Shown one piece after another: positions 38,434-51,291 of a stretch of DNA of 64,000 nucleotides. The position numbers and the translations under genes are program-made. This DNA is from Leptogorgia sarmentosa (Eukaryota), in NCBI GenBank assembly GCA_964658305.1, contig OZ210885.1, positions 1,736,001-1,800,000 of the forward strand. Reading direction: 5' to 3'. Under the pieces are notes generated by a model. That model was not told the origin of the DNA. It saw only the letters and a list, made by a program, of their open reading frames with translations, and did not search any database. Every line of letters begins with the position of its first letter. Within the stretch, counting starts at the first letter, position 1.

Positions 38434-38793
38434 GTCTTCGGAAGAAACCAACTGTCACTTTTACAGTCCATACACCGGTATTAACTCATTTAACTGAGCT
38501 TAACTTAAACAACTTCCTTTACTTATTCTGGAATGTTTCATGAAGTGGAACATTGCGTAGGCGCATAGACGAAGCATACGTGGGGGTTTGTGTGTGTGTT
38601 TTGGTAGAGGGAAGGGAGGAGAGTTGCGACACCTCCCACGTTTTTGTCAATCTGTGAGTAGATTAATCTGTCTGTTGGTCCTGGCTAGAAACAGTTATCA
38701 TCGTCAGTTGAAATTCGCTATCTCAGTCTTGAAAGGGTGAACAAGGGTTAACTAAGTCTCTGAAATGGCCGTTTTCGGCAATCTAGGGGTTCT

Positions 38794-38931
38794 GGGGTCG
38801 GTTGTATAAATCTCTTATCTATCCTTTTCGTAGTTAAATGGTAGTTAACTTTGAAATACGCGTTTCTGATTGGTCAATTTTTGCACTTAACTATAGTTAA
38901 CTTTAACTATACGTTTTTACACAACGGGCCC
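38794..38931. mobile_element. Short MITE (GGGTCGGTTGTATAAA / TTTACACAACGGGCCC ends)
   Basis: Imperfect TIRs resembling family A termini. Duplicated at ~45934-46071. Confidence 0.55.
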
Positions 38932-39682
38932 ATGAATGTTCGAAATTTTATCGCTTTGCACCCGTCATGGTGGCGACTAATTTCTAGCCTCAATATATTG
39001 TTTACAATATATTATTGGGTTGCTAATCAACAACAATATCTGGTAAGTAGGGTATTCCTTACATGGAGTTAATTTAATTATAAATTATCCCACGTGTTGT
39101 GATTTTTCTAGTAGGGTATAGATAATAATTATACGGAAAGCTATAGTCTGGTGTCAATTCGAATGTGACTTTCTCCCCCTCTATAAAGCCATATAAAGGC
39201 ACATGTACTAAAGTATGGCACCTTATGCGATCACCTGAATAACGTTTTGCGCCCATTAGACCCCATAATTTTGAAAATTGGGGCTAAATCAACAATTCAA
39301 TTGTGAGAATTTTTCACGTGAATGGTGTAATTCAAATTCCTAATTTTATTTCGTATGTTACGTCTAGCTATTTCAATTTCAGCGGAAGTGTTCGTAGTTC
39401 CGGGAATTCTAACTAGTTTCTGGTCCGCACATCTGAAGGTGAAAAAAATGTGTTGGGAAAATCTGTATAACACGACCAGTTTTATGATGCGTGTTTTTTG
39501 AAACGTCGACGAATTCAAAGCGATTATAGAGTGGTCATATTGATACAATGGTTACTGGGTAGGGCCAATTTCGATACTTCAACCTTTTTCCCACAGCTAT
39601 CTAAAAGCATTGTTTTGACCGCAATTTGAATAAACATGAACATGACACTTGTAAACACACGATCAATATTGCTTAATTCTTA

Positions 39683-39768
39683 CTTCGGAGATACGCCGAA
39701 CTTCTCGCGAAACTGAAAATGACCAATAGGTTTAAAAATGACCCCGCGCAAGTAAGGACGTTGACAAC
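39683..39768 (-). pseudogene. GPCR TM1 fragment fused to a copy-1-type 5' flank
   Basis: CTTCGGAGATACGCCGAACTTCTCGCGAAACTGAAAATGACCAATAGGTTTAAAAATG... matches the TM1/ICL1 coding sequence. The adjacent 39775-39990 matches the upstream flank of copy 1 (26450-26690). Confidence 0.75.
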
Positions 39769-41627
39769 TACTCCATACACCGGTATTAACTGAAGCTGAA
39801 CTCAAACAACTTGCTTTACTGATTCTAGAATATTTCTTTCAATGGATTCCGCTTTGCGTGGGCAGACATGAAGTGTAGAGTTTGTGTGTGTGTGCATGGG
39901 GGTGCTAAATAATACACACGGTATCCAGACATGCATGAAACACATGCGAAATAAAGTCTAGTTTCAATATTGTCGTTAGCTGTCGCTCGTTTCCAAGCAA
40001 ACATAAACAACAGCAAAAGTTTCCCTCACTCTCTAAACGATACAAACTAATTCGACGTTTGGAACAAAGGCCCTTTGTCGGCAATTAGTCTGAGAGAATG
40101 CCTGGCGACCATAAAAGACAAAAATAACAGTGGTGTTGGCAGTGTTCTGAGTGTTGTTGAGAAAGTCTTTGTTCTTTCTGTTTTTCCCACAGTCATTACG
40201 GTCGCTAGACTTAAGTTCTCAGACAACCAGCGACAGCTATAGTGACGTTAAGTACATTGTGGAAACTAACCTTACGGAATTCGCTCATTCGATTGTAAAG
40301 ACATAATACAATTATACAAGTTTTTAACTTTTGTATGGTTGATAATTTGCTTTGACCTCGATAGACATATCTGTCATTATATATAAGGAAACAATGTCAT
40401 GAACCAAAAATATCTTGTTTATAATTCCTATTTCCTCGATGACAACCTTTTGCAATGCAGTACATGTTCTTTCCCCCTGTGTTTATAAACAAAGTAAAAA
40501 TTGAAGACTGAAAGTTCTACTGTGTTTTTTCGGTTCAGCACAATGATCAATGAATTAGCTTGTTGGTTACATCCGGTGTTTTCTATTTGCATGCGCTCGT
40601 GTTGCTAGCCAATTATAACAAAATTGTAGTATCGCAAATATCATAATAGTATAGTTAGGGATTTGAATATTTATTCTTGATACATAAAATATTTTTGTTC
40701 ATGACTGACATATTGTTAGAAATGGCTCCTCATAGCAAACGGTGAATCATTTGTGACTGCCTGGTTTGCATACCGTGCCTTGGTATTGTTACGTTGAGCA
40801 GTGGCGGTGTGGCAAAAAAGCTGCGGGTATGCGGGCACCACCTGGAGGAAGGTTTGCCGTATGTGAGATAATTGAGTGATACTTGTTAATAAATATAAAT
40901 ATTGAAAATTACACATATTGAAAAAATACACACCATATTAAAAAACACACCTTGGCCATAATTAGCCATTTTCCAATCGAGCAAGGGACTGGGTCTACTC
41001 GATGTTTGGAGGGAAACAAGTTATGTTGAACGGGCTGAATATATTTTAGAAGATATTTTAATCATAATTTCTGCATTTCAGGATGCACAAAGAACTTTAG
41101 GAAGTTTCAAACTTTAGGAAAACTTCCTAGATGTCATATTCGCTTATTGTTTATTTTTGTCCCTCCAAAACAAGCGACTAGACCCAGTCCTCTGCTCGAT
41201 TTGAAAATGGCTAATCAGTGTAAATTCGAATGCAAAAATGAAACGAATGCTACACGTGCGTGCGTTTTTTTTCTTGCGCTCTAAACGGCCATATAAAGGC
41301 ACAAGTACTTAAATGTGGCAGCCTACAATGATTACCTATTTTTCTATAGGAGCCTGTGGGTATGACGCATTTTTTTTCGGAAGTTCCCCAGTTTGAAAAT
41401 TGAAGTGAAAATCAAAAAATTCCGAATTCTGATATTTTTTCACATTCTTCATTCTATTCCTTATCTTATGACTTCAGCGAGCAACAAAAGTTCTATTCAC
41501 TACCTATAATTAAACGATAAGGTTATTTAAATGTGTTTATATCTCAAGGTTACGAAGTCTTTCATTCCCAAAGGTTTGTCAACGATTGAAGGATCACGAA
41601 GGCATCGATTCTTAAACTAGGCCTGCA

Positions 41628-42485
41628 TTAGGAAGCGAATAGACTGTTTTTCAAGTCCTTCAATGCTTTTTTCCCCTCTTTGCGTAGAACATCGTTTCTC
41701 CAGAAGAAAATAAGACAGTTGAATGTAGAATTCGCATTGGCGACAGTACCTGTCCAAAAATTAGCAGCATTCGTATATTCTGGCGTTGATTTCTTGGCGA
41801 AGTTAAATGCAATGAAGGAAAACGCTGGAATGTACATCAATAACAGAAAGCCAACGGCCAACAAACAGGTTGAAATGTCCTTTAAATTAACAGGCGACAT
41901 CGACGATGTTGATGCTGACTTTTTGCGACGAACTTTTCGGCAAATCATGAACAATTTGTAGTTGAAGAACACGAACGGAGGGAATACTGCAACGACGAAA
42001 ATGAGCATAGCCTTTGGAAAGGAAATGACTAAGTCATTAGCAGAAATTATTGCTAGGGTAATTGGTAAAAGAGATAATACTACAATAAGCGTTAGAAGTT
42101 GGCGTCTTGTGAGCGATGTTCGATGAAAAAATGGATAATACGTTCCAAGATATCTCTCTAGGCTCATCACCAGAAGAGCAATTAAAGAAAAGCCAATGAA
42201 CACGTTCGAAAAATGCTCATATATATCCATCATGTCTAGTAAGCCATTCTTTTCTTGCAACCACCAAACCAGGCGAAGAATTAGGATTGGATGATTCGTG
42301 ATAACCACAAGGAAGTCGAAAAATGACAACACCGTGATCATAAAATAACATAATTTCCTTCGGAGATACGCCGAACTTCTCGCGAAACTGACAATGACCA
42401 ATAGGTTTAAAAATGTCCCCGCGCAAGTGAGAAGGACGTTGACAACACACAGAAATATTGACTGGACCTGCACTGCCAGATCCAT
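41628..42485 (-). CDS. Class A orphan GPCR, copy 6, 285 aa
   Basis: 7TM ORF with SLERY. Near-identical to copy 3. Confidence 0.88.
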   Translation of the reverse strand: MDLAVQVQSIFLCVVNVLLTCAGTFLNLLVIVSFARSSAYLRRKLCYFMITVLSFFDFLVVITNHPILILRLVWWLQEKNGLLDMMDIYEHFSNVFIGFSLIALLVMSLERYLGTYYPFFHRTSLTRRQLLTLIVVLSLLPITLAIISANDLVISFPKAMLIFVVAVFPPFVFFNYKLFMICRKVRRKKSASTSSMSPVNLKDISTCLLAVGFLLLMYIPAFSFIAFNFAKKSTPEYTNAANFWTGTVANANSTFNCLIFFWRNDVLRKEGKKALKDLKNSLFAS

Positions 42486-43615
42486 ATCTTCGGAAGAAAC
42501 CAACTGTTACATCTAACAGTCTGTGCATTTAGTCTTGTATTGGCTGAGCTGGTCTTGAACAACTTCCTGTACTTATTCTTGAATGTTTGATGACGTGGAT
42601 TCACTTGTGCAGGCGCAGGAACACCTTCTGGTGTGTTTGTGTTGAGGGGGCAATTAACACCCCCGCCCCATTTTACGGTCAATCCGTCGGTAGATTGATC
42701 TGTTTTTTGGGCCTGTCGGTTGACCAGGCATTAAAATTAGGGGGTTTTCAGATGGACTGGTGTTTCCCTTCATAGGAAACAATCGCTCCAAATTTGAGTA
42801 TGTAAGGCAAAATTTTCAGTAAATTCTTTTTCAAATTTGATCGTTGAACGATTATGCCAATCCAGAAAATTTTGTGATGTCTTTTGGATAAACACTGAAA
42901 TTACTATTACTATTAAGGTATTGCCACAGCCTCATTATTCTGAAAATGAAATTTTATCGAACATTCATACACGTTATTTTCAAGTACACACTTCAATTTA
43001 CGAGGACAGATTTTCCTTTTGCGAGGACACCAAGTGTGTACATGGACACCGGACACGCTATTTTAATGTAAGGTTAATCGAACAACTTGTTATCGTCTTG
43101 CAATTCAACAACTTGTCAACACATTTTGTTGATAGGTTGTGACATTTTTACGTGTGTACGCATACAACCTGTGATCGCAGCAAAAATTATTGAAGTACTA
43201 TCCATTTTTTCATTTGAACGTCGCTGACAAGACGCAAACTTCTAACACTCCTTGCAGTATTATCTCTCTTCCTGGATACGCAACTATATCGCCATAAACA
43301 AATTCACTTTCCATTTTTATAAAATGCCAACCTGGTTTTCCAGTTTCAGTGAAAGAAATGTTTAATGTTCCGGTGATCTCAGTCTCCTCGTGCTGGAAGA
43401 TCTCCAAAATCTGAACAATTTTTTGTCTAATTTTGCATATATAAGATGCGAACCAGCAACTCTCGCCAAAGTGTTTCCACAAGCAAGAATCGAATCGTGT
43501 TCCATTCACCGATATATTCTTCGGCGATCTCGCAAACAAACCGGACAATTATCAGAATTTTCTACTCCATAACAAAGTACTGTGAGGAAACAAACAAAGA
43601 AAGTTTTTCGATTTC

Positions 43616-44380
43616 ACACTGCAAAAAAAATGCACTTTTGGGTTTGAGTTAGTTTAGCACACATTTTTGAGTTTTTTTTAGTCACATTTCAAGGTTAATC
43701 TTTTACTCACTGTGAGAGTAATGTTACTCAACTGTATTGAGTAAAAGTATCATCGCAACGACGTGAGTAAACCAGCTTGAGTAAACATATTATTGTTTAC
43801 GCAAATCCAATGAGTAAATTTACTCAAACGGTTGCGTAGTATTTTATTTTATTTAGTAAAGTTGATTTTTTACTCTTATAAAGAGTAAATAGTAATGATT
43901 TTACTCAATGTTGAGTAAAAGCGAAACGTTACACATTGTGGGTAAACGTATCAAGTAACTCAAGTTTGAGTAATTTTACGCAGGAAGCATGTTTTACTCA
44001 TCAGCTTGAGTAAATGCTATCATTTACGCGAATGCCAAGGAGTAAATTTACTGAAAAAGTTGTGTTGGATTTTGTTTACTCACAACTCTTGAGTAAAGTT
44101 TTAACTTCTGAGTAAAATGGGTTTTCTACTCATACGAGGTGTAAATATTAATGTATTTGTAGCATTTTACTCAAACTTGAGTAAAAGCGAAATCAGTTGC
44201 AGATTGTGGATAAACGCGTCATGTTATTCAGTATTGAATGATTAAAAGGTAAGAAGCTATATATAATTATTGAAAATAGTTTAATAGTCAAATAGGAATC
44301 TATTGAAAAAGTGCGTTTAAAACGTTCAGTTTTGATCATAGGAAAGATAAAAGAGTGTTTTCTATCTCTTATATAAACTT
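43616..44380. mobile_element. Truncated non-autonomous DNA element rich in TGAGTAAA/TTTACTCA subrepeats
   Basis: Starts ACACTGCAAAAAAAA, interrupting spacer sequence seen intact at ~33595-33630. Many GAGTAAA/TTTACTC motifs in both orientations. No right TIR seen. Confidence 0.55.
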
Positions 44381-44715
44381 CAGCATGAGGTCGACGATTG
44401 GGTTTTATTATTATTATTATTATTACAAAATTTTATATAACGCAATGTTGGTTACATCCGGCGTTTTCTATTTGCATTCGCTCCGTGTTGCTAGCCATTA
44501 GATTGATGATTGTTTTTTAATTTGTTTCGAGAGGTGGACGCGGTTGAGTTGGCATTCAGTTGATATCGTAGCGAGTCTATTTATTTCGTGTCTGCTTATA
44601 TTACGCAATTCTTTTTTGGGAATGACCCGTGTTGTGGAAATTGGCGTAAAATCAAACAATTTAAAATTGTAAGAAATTTTCATATAAAAATAATGCACCT
44701 TAATTCCTAATTATA

Positions 44716-45573
44716 TTAGCACATAAGACGGTTTTTTAAGGCCTTGATTGTCTTTATTCCCTCTCTGCGCAAAACGTCGTCTTTCCAAAAGAAAATGAGA
44801 CAATTCAATGTAGAGTTAGCACAGCCTACAGTGTTAGTCCAAAGCAAAGCCATTCTGGTATTTTCTGACGTTGATTTCTCCGCAAAGTCAAACGAAATAT
44901 AGAAAATCGCCGGTAAGAACGTAACGAAATAACAGGCAACTGTCAACAAGCAGGTTGAAATGTTCTTTAAATTAAGATGCAACGTCGATACATCCGGTGA
45001 CGATGTGTTTACGCGACGTACTCTTCTGGAAATCACGAATAATTTGTAGTTGAAAAACGCCAGTAGAGGAAATACCGAAAGAAAGAAAATTACCAAAACG
45101 GTTCCATAGGAAATTACCAAATTGTTCATAGAAAGTATTGCTAGCGGAATTGTTAAAAGAAATAATACTGCGAGCAGTGTTAGCAATCTCCGTCTAGTCA
45201 GCGATGTTCGATGAAAGAATGGATAGTATGCTCCCAGATATCTTTCTATGCTCATTACCAGAAGGGCCAAGATGGAAAAGCCAATAAACCACTTGGAAAA
45301 ATGTTCGTAAATCTGGAGCATAGCAAACGGATCATTTTTTTCTTTTAACCACAAAACCAGGCGAAGAATCACTATCGGATGATTCGTGATAACCGCAAGG
45401 AAATCGAAGAAGGACAATACCATGATCATAAAATAACATAATTTATTTCGAAGATACGCCGAACTTCTCGCGAAACTAAAAATGACCAATAAGTTTAAAA
45501 ATGTCCCCGCGCAAGAAAGAAGGACGTTGACAACACACAGAAATATTGACTGGACCTGCACTGCAAGATCCAT
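44716..45573 (-). CDS. Class A orphan GPCR, copy 7 (subtype B), 285 aa
   Basis: 7TM ORF. Differs from copy 5 only at a few N-terminal residues. Confidence 0.88.
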   Translation of the reverse strand: MDLAVQVQSIFLCVVNVLLSCAGTFLNLLVIFSFARSSAYLRNKLCYFMIMVLSFFDFLAVITNHPIVILRLVLWLKEKNDPFAMLQIYEHFSKWFIGFSILALLVMSIERYLGAYYPFFHRTSLTRRRLLTLLAVLFLLTIPLAILSMNNLVISYGTVLVIFFLSVFPLLAFFNYKLFVISRRVRRVNTSSPDVSTLHLNLKNISTCLLTVACYFVTFLPAIFYISFDFAEKSTSENTRMALLWTNTVGCANSTLNCLIFFWKDDVLRREGIKTIKALKNRLMC

Positions 45574-46822
45574 GTCTTCGGAAGAGACCAACTGTCACTT
45601 TTACAGTCCATACACCTGTATTAACTCATTTAACTGAGCTTAACTTAAACAACTTCCTTTACTTATTCTGGAATGTTTCATGAAGTGGAACATTGCGTAG
45701 GCGCATAGACGAAGCATACGTGGGGGTTTGTGTGTGTGTTTTGGTAGAGGGAAGGGAGGAGAGTTGCGACACCTCCCACGTTTTTGTCAATCTGTGAGTA
45801 GATTAATCTGTCTGTTGGTCCTGGCTAGAAACAGTTATCATCGTCAGTTGAAATTCGCTATCTCAGTCTTGAAAGGGTGAACAAGGGTTAACTAAGTCTC
45901 TGAAATGGCCGTTTTCGGCAATCTAGGGGTTCTGGGGTCGGTTGTATAAATCTCTTATCTATCCTTTTCGTAGTTAAATGGTAGTTAACTTTGAAATACG
46001 CGTTTCTGATTGGTCAATTTTTGCACTTAACTATAGTTAACTTTAACTATACGTTTTTACACAACGGGCCCATGAATGTTCGAAATTTTATCGCTTTGCA
46101 CCCGTCATGGTGGCGACTAATTTCTAGCCTCAATATATTGTTTACAATATATTATTGGGTTGCTAATCAACAACAATATCTGGTAAGTAGGGTATTCCTT
46201 ACATGGAGTTAATTTAATTATAAATTATCCCACGTGTTGTGATTTTTCTAGTAGGGTATAGATAATAATTATACGGAAAGCTATAGTCTGGTGTCAATTC
46301 GAATGTGACTTTTTCCCCCTCTATAAAGCCATATAAAGGCACATGTACTAAAGTATGGCACCTTATGCGATCACCTGAATAACGTTTTGCGCCCATTAGA
46401 CCCCATAATTTTGAAAATTGGGGCTAAATCAACAATTCAATTGTGAGAATTTTTCACGTGAATGGTGTAATTCAAATTCCTAATTTTATTTCGTATGTTA
46501 CGTCTAGCTATTTCAATTTCAGCGGAAGTGTTCGTAGTTCCGGGAATTCTAACTAGTTTCTGGTCCGCACATCTGAAGGTGAAAAAAATGTGTTGGGAAA
46601 ATCTGTATAACACGACCAGTTTTATGATGCGTGTTTTTTGAAACGTCGACGAATTCAAAGCGATTATAGAGTGGTCATATTGATACAATGGTTACTGGGT
46701 AGGGCCAATTTCGATACTTCAACCTTTTTCCCACAGCTATCTAAAAGCATTGTTTTGACCGCAATTTGAATAAACATGAACATGACACTTGTAAACACAC
46801 GATCAATATTGCTTAATTCTTA

Positions 46823-46909
46823 CTTCGGAGATACGCCGAACTTCTCGCGAAACTGAAAATGACCAATAGGTTTAAAAAATGTCCCCGCGCAAGTAAGGAC
46901 GTTGACAAC
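46823..46909 (-). pseudogene. GPCR TM1 fragment (duplicate of 39683-39768)
   Basis: Same sequence at offset ~7140. Confidence 0.75.
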
Positions 46910-48603
46910 TACTCCATACACCGGTATTAACTGAAGCTGAACTCAAACAACTTGCTTTACTGATTCTAGAATATTTCTTTCAATGGATTCCGCTTTGCGT
47001 GGGCAGACATGAAGTGTAGAGTTTGTGTGTGTGTGCATGGGGGTGTTAAATAATACACACGGTATCCAGACATGCATGAAACACATGCGAAATAAAGTCT
47101 AGTTTCAATATTGTCGTTAGCTGTCGCTCGTTTCCAAGCAAACATAAACAACAGCAAAAGTTTCCCTCACTCTCTAAACGATACAAACTAATTCGACGTT
47201 TGGAACAAAGGCCCTTTGTCGGCAATTAGTCTGAGAGAATGCCTGGCGACCATAAAAGACAAAAATAACAGTGGTGTTGGCAGTGTTCTGAGTGTTGTTG
47301 AGAAAGTCTTTGTTCTTTCTGTTTTTCCCACAGTCATTACGGTCGCTAGACTTAAGTTCTCAGACAACCAGCGACAGCTATAGTGACGTTAAGTACATTG
47401 TGGAAACTAACCTTACGGAATTCGCTCATTCGATTGTAAAGACATAATACAATTATACAAGTTTTTAACTTTTGTATGGTTGATAATTTGCTTTGACCTC
47501 GATAGACATATCTGTCATTATATATAAGGAAACAATGTCATGAACCAAAAATATCTTGTTTATAATTCCTATTTCCTCGATGACAACCTTTTGCAATGCA
47601 GTACATGTTCTTTCCCCCTGTGTTTATAAACAAAGTAAAAATTGAAGACTGAAAGTTCTACTGTGTTTTTTCGGTTCAGCACAATGATCAATGAATTAGC
47701 TTGTTGGTTACATCCGGTGTTTTCTATTTGCATGCGCTCGTGTTGCTAGCCAATTATAACAAAATTGTAGTATCGCAAATATCATAATAGTATAGTTAGG
47801 GATTTGAATATTTATTCTTGATACATAAAATATTTTTGTTCATGACTGACATCATATTGTTATAAATGGCGCCTCATAGCGAACGGTGAATCATTTATGA
47901 ATGCATGGTTTGTATACCGTGCCTTGGTATTGTTGCGTTGAGCAGTGGCAGTGTTGCAAAAAAGCTGCGGGTATGCGGGCACCACCTGGAGGAAGGTTTG
48001 CCGTATGTGAGATAATTGAGTGATACTTGTTAATAAATATTAAATATTGAAAATTACACATATTGAAAAAATACACACCATATTAAAAAACACACCTTGG
48101 CCATAATTAGCCATTTTCCAATCGAGCAAGGGACTGGGCCTAGTCGATGTTTGGAGGGAAACAAGTTATGTTGAACGGGCTGAATATATTTTAGAAGATA
48201 TTTTAATCATAATTTCTGCATTTCAGGATGCACAAAGAACTTTAGGAAGTTTCAAACTTTAGGAAAACTTCCTAGATGTCATATTCGCTTCTTGTTTATT
48301 TTTGTCCCTCCAAAACAAGCGACTAGACCCAGTCCCCTGCTCGATTTGAAAATGGCTAATCAGTGTAAATTCGAATGCAAAAATGAAACGAATGCTACAC
48401 GTGCGTGCGTTTTTTTCTCGCGCTCTAAACGGCCATATAAAGGCACAAGTACTTCAGCGAGCAACAAAAGTTCTATTCACTACCTATAATTAAACGATAT
48501 ATTTAAATGTGTTTATATCTCAAGGTTACGAAGTCTTTCATTCCCAAAGGTTTGTCAGCGATTGAAGGATCACGAAGGCATCGATTCTTAAACTAGGCCT
48601 GCA

Positions 48604-49461
48604 TTAGGAAGCGAATAGACTGTTTTTCAAGTCCTTCAATGCTTTTTTCCCCTCTTTGCGTAGAACATCGTTTCTCCAGAAGAAAATAAGACAGTTGAAT
48701 GTAGAATTCGCATTGGCGACAGTACCTGTCCAAAAATTAGCAGCATTCGTATATTCTGACGTTGATTTCTTGGCGAAGTTAAATGCAATGAAGGAAAACG
48801 CTGGAATGTACATCAATAACAGAAAGCCAACGGCCAACAAACAGGTTGAAATGTCCTTTAAATTAACAGGCGACATCGACGATGTTGATGCTGACTTTTT
48901 GCGACGAACTTTTCGGCAAATCATGAACAATTTGTAGTTGAAGAACACGAACGGAGGGAATACTGCAACGACGAAAATGAGCATAGCCTTTGGAAAGGAA
49001 ATGACTAAGTCATTAGCAGAAATTATTGCTAGGGTAATTGGTAAAAGAGATAATACTACAATAAGCGTTAGAAGTTGGCGTCTTGTGAGCGATGTTCGAT
49101 GAAAAAATGGATAATACGTTCCAAGATATCTCTCTAGGCTCATCACCAGAAGAGCAATTAAAGAAAAGCCAATGAACACGTTCGAAAAATGCTCATATAT
49201 ATCCATCATGTCTAGTAAGCCATTCTTTTCTTGCAACCACCAAACCAGGCGAAGAATTAGGATTGGATGATTCGTGATAACCACAAGGAAGTCGAAAAAT
49301 GACAACACGGTGATCATAAAATAACATAATTTCCTTCGGAGATACGCCGAACTTCTCGCGAAACTGACAATGACCAATAGGTTTAAAAATGTCCCCGCGC
49401 AAGAAAGAAGGACGTTGACAACACACAGAAATATTGACTGGACGTGCACTGCAAGATCCAT
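48604..49461 (-). CDS. Class A orphan GPCR, copy 8, 285 aa
   Basis: 7TM ORF with a copy-3-like body and an AVHV/LLSC N-terminus. Confidence 0.88.
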   Translation of the reverse strand: MDLAVHVQSIFLCVVNVLLSCAGTFLNLLVIVSFARSSAYLRRKLCYFMITVLSFFDFLVVITNHPILILRLVWWLQEKNGLLDMMDIYEHFSNVFIGFSLIALLVMSLERYLGTYYPFFHRTSLTRRQLLTLIVVLSLLPITLAIISANDLVISFPKAMLIFVVAVFPPFVFFNYKLFMICRKVRRKKSASTSSMSPVNLKDISTCLLAVGFLLLMYIPAFSFIAFNFAKKSTSEYTNAANFWTGTVANANSTFNCLIFFWRNDVLRKEGKKALKDLKNSLFAS

Positions 49462-51291
49462 ATCTTCGGAAGAAACCAACTGTTACATCTAACAGTCTGT
49501 GCATTTAGTCTTGTATTGGCGGAACTGGTCTTGAACAACTTCCTGTACTTATTCTTTAATGTTTGATGACGTGGGTCCTCTTCCGCAGGCGCAGCAACAC
49601 CTTCTGGTGTGTTTGTGTTAGGGGGGAGGGGGGCAATTAACAACCCCGCCCCTTTTTACGGTCAATCCGTCGGTAGATTGATCTGTTTTTTGGACCTGTC
49701 GTGTCGGTTGACCAGGCATGAAAATTAGGGGGTTTTCACATGCACTGGTGTTTCCCTTCATAGGAAACAATCGCTCCAAATTTGAGTATGTGAGACAAAA
49801 TTTTCAGAAAATTCTTTTTCAAATTTGATCGTTGAACGATTAGGCCAACCCAGAAAATTTTGTGATGTCGTTTGGATAAACACTGAAATTACTATTACTA
49901 TTAAAGTATTGACACAGCCTCATTATTTCAAATTCTGAAAATGAAATTTTATTCAACATTCATACACGTTATTTTCAAGTACACACTTTAATTTACGAGG
50001 ACTGATTTTCTTTTTACAAGGACACCGGACGCGCTATTTTAATGCGTCAAGACTTTGAAATGACCGTATCCGGCGTCTAGGGATTTAAAATTTAATATTT
50101 TCTTTACCGAAATACAATATTAAACTGGCGGGGAGAGACAGACTGTCTGAATCATATCTAAGCTATTTTGTTTGGCTGAATATGAAATTAAAGGTTATTG
50201 AAGAAAGATAAAAATAACTATTTGTTAAACACTTACCAATTAAATACACAGAACACAACGTAAACAAAAACTTCATTAATGTTCGAGTTCCAGTTCTACT
50301 GTGAGGAAGCAAACAAAGAAAGTGTTTCGATTTCAAAAATATGTTAGAATATTAGAGGAAGATTTAGGTGCACTCCGTCTTACAGGATTTGAAAAAAACC
50401 GCTATTTAGGTACTTGTTTTGTGTCATCAGTGTCCGACCAATTTTAAAATAAGCTACAGCCATTAATCGCTCCGGGAATGGACACGTTCACGTCATTTAG
50501 ACTTGAATCCATGCAGCTCAGATTCATAATTTGTCAAATATAAAAAAGCAGAGTTTTAGGCTTGCTTTATAGGCTTGGTTCGAACGTCGTACATTTTTCA
50601 TGTGCCGAACCTAATGCAAATGAACTCAAAGAAAAAACTTAGTTCATTAACATTAGGTTCGGCGCAGGAAAGGTACGGTGTAATTCGACGTGTGAACTGG
50701 GCCTTATTTCCAGATCATATTTACATGAGGTCGCCGATTGGGTTTTATTATTATTATTATTATTACAAAATTTTATAAAGCGCAATGTTGGTTACATCCG
50801 GCGTTTTCTATTTGCATGCGCTCCGTGTTGCTAGCCAATTATAACAAAATTGTATAGTATAGCAAATATTATTATAGTACTTAGGGATTTGAATATTATT
50901 CTTTATACATAGATATTTTTGTTCATGACTTACATATTGTTATATATGGCGCCTCATAGCAAACGGTGAATCACTTGTGACTGCCTGGTTTGTATACTGC
51001 ATGTGCCTTGGTATTGTTGATGGCAGTGTTGCAAAAAAGCTATACGGGTATACGGGCACCACCTGGAGGAAGGTTTGCCTTATGTGAGATAAATGAGTGA
51101 TTGTGAAGGTTTAATTATTAACAAATACACATATTGGAAAAATACACACCATATTAAATAACACACCTTGGCCATAATTAGCCATTTCCCAATCGAGCAA
51201 AGGAGGGAAACAAGTTATACTGAACGAGCTGAATATTTTTTAGAAAATATTTTAATCATAGTTTCTGCATTTCAAGCTGCACGAAGATGCT

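Larger units (their letters stand above)
37244..47850. repeat. Segmental duplication X: ~37244-40710 repeated at ~44384-47850 (offset 7140-7141)
   Basis: Identical spacer ORFs at 37358/44498, 38851/45991, 39297/46437 and near-identical ones at 39825/46966. Confidence 0.85.
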
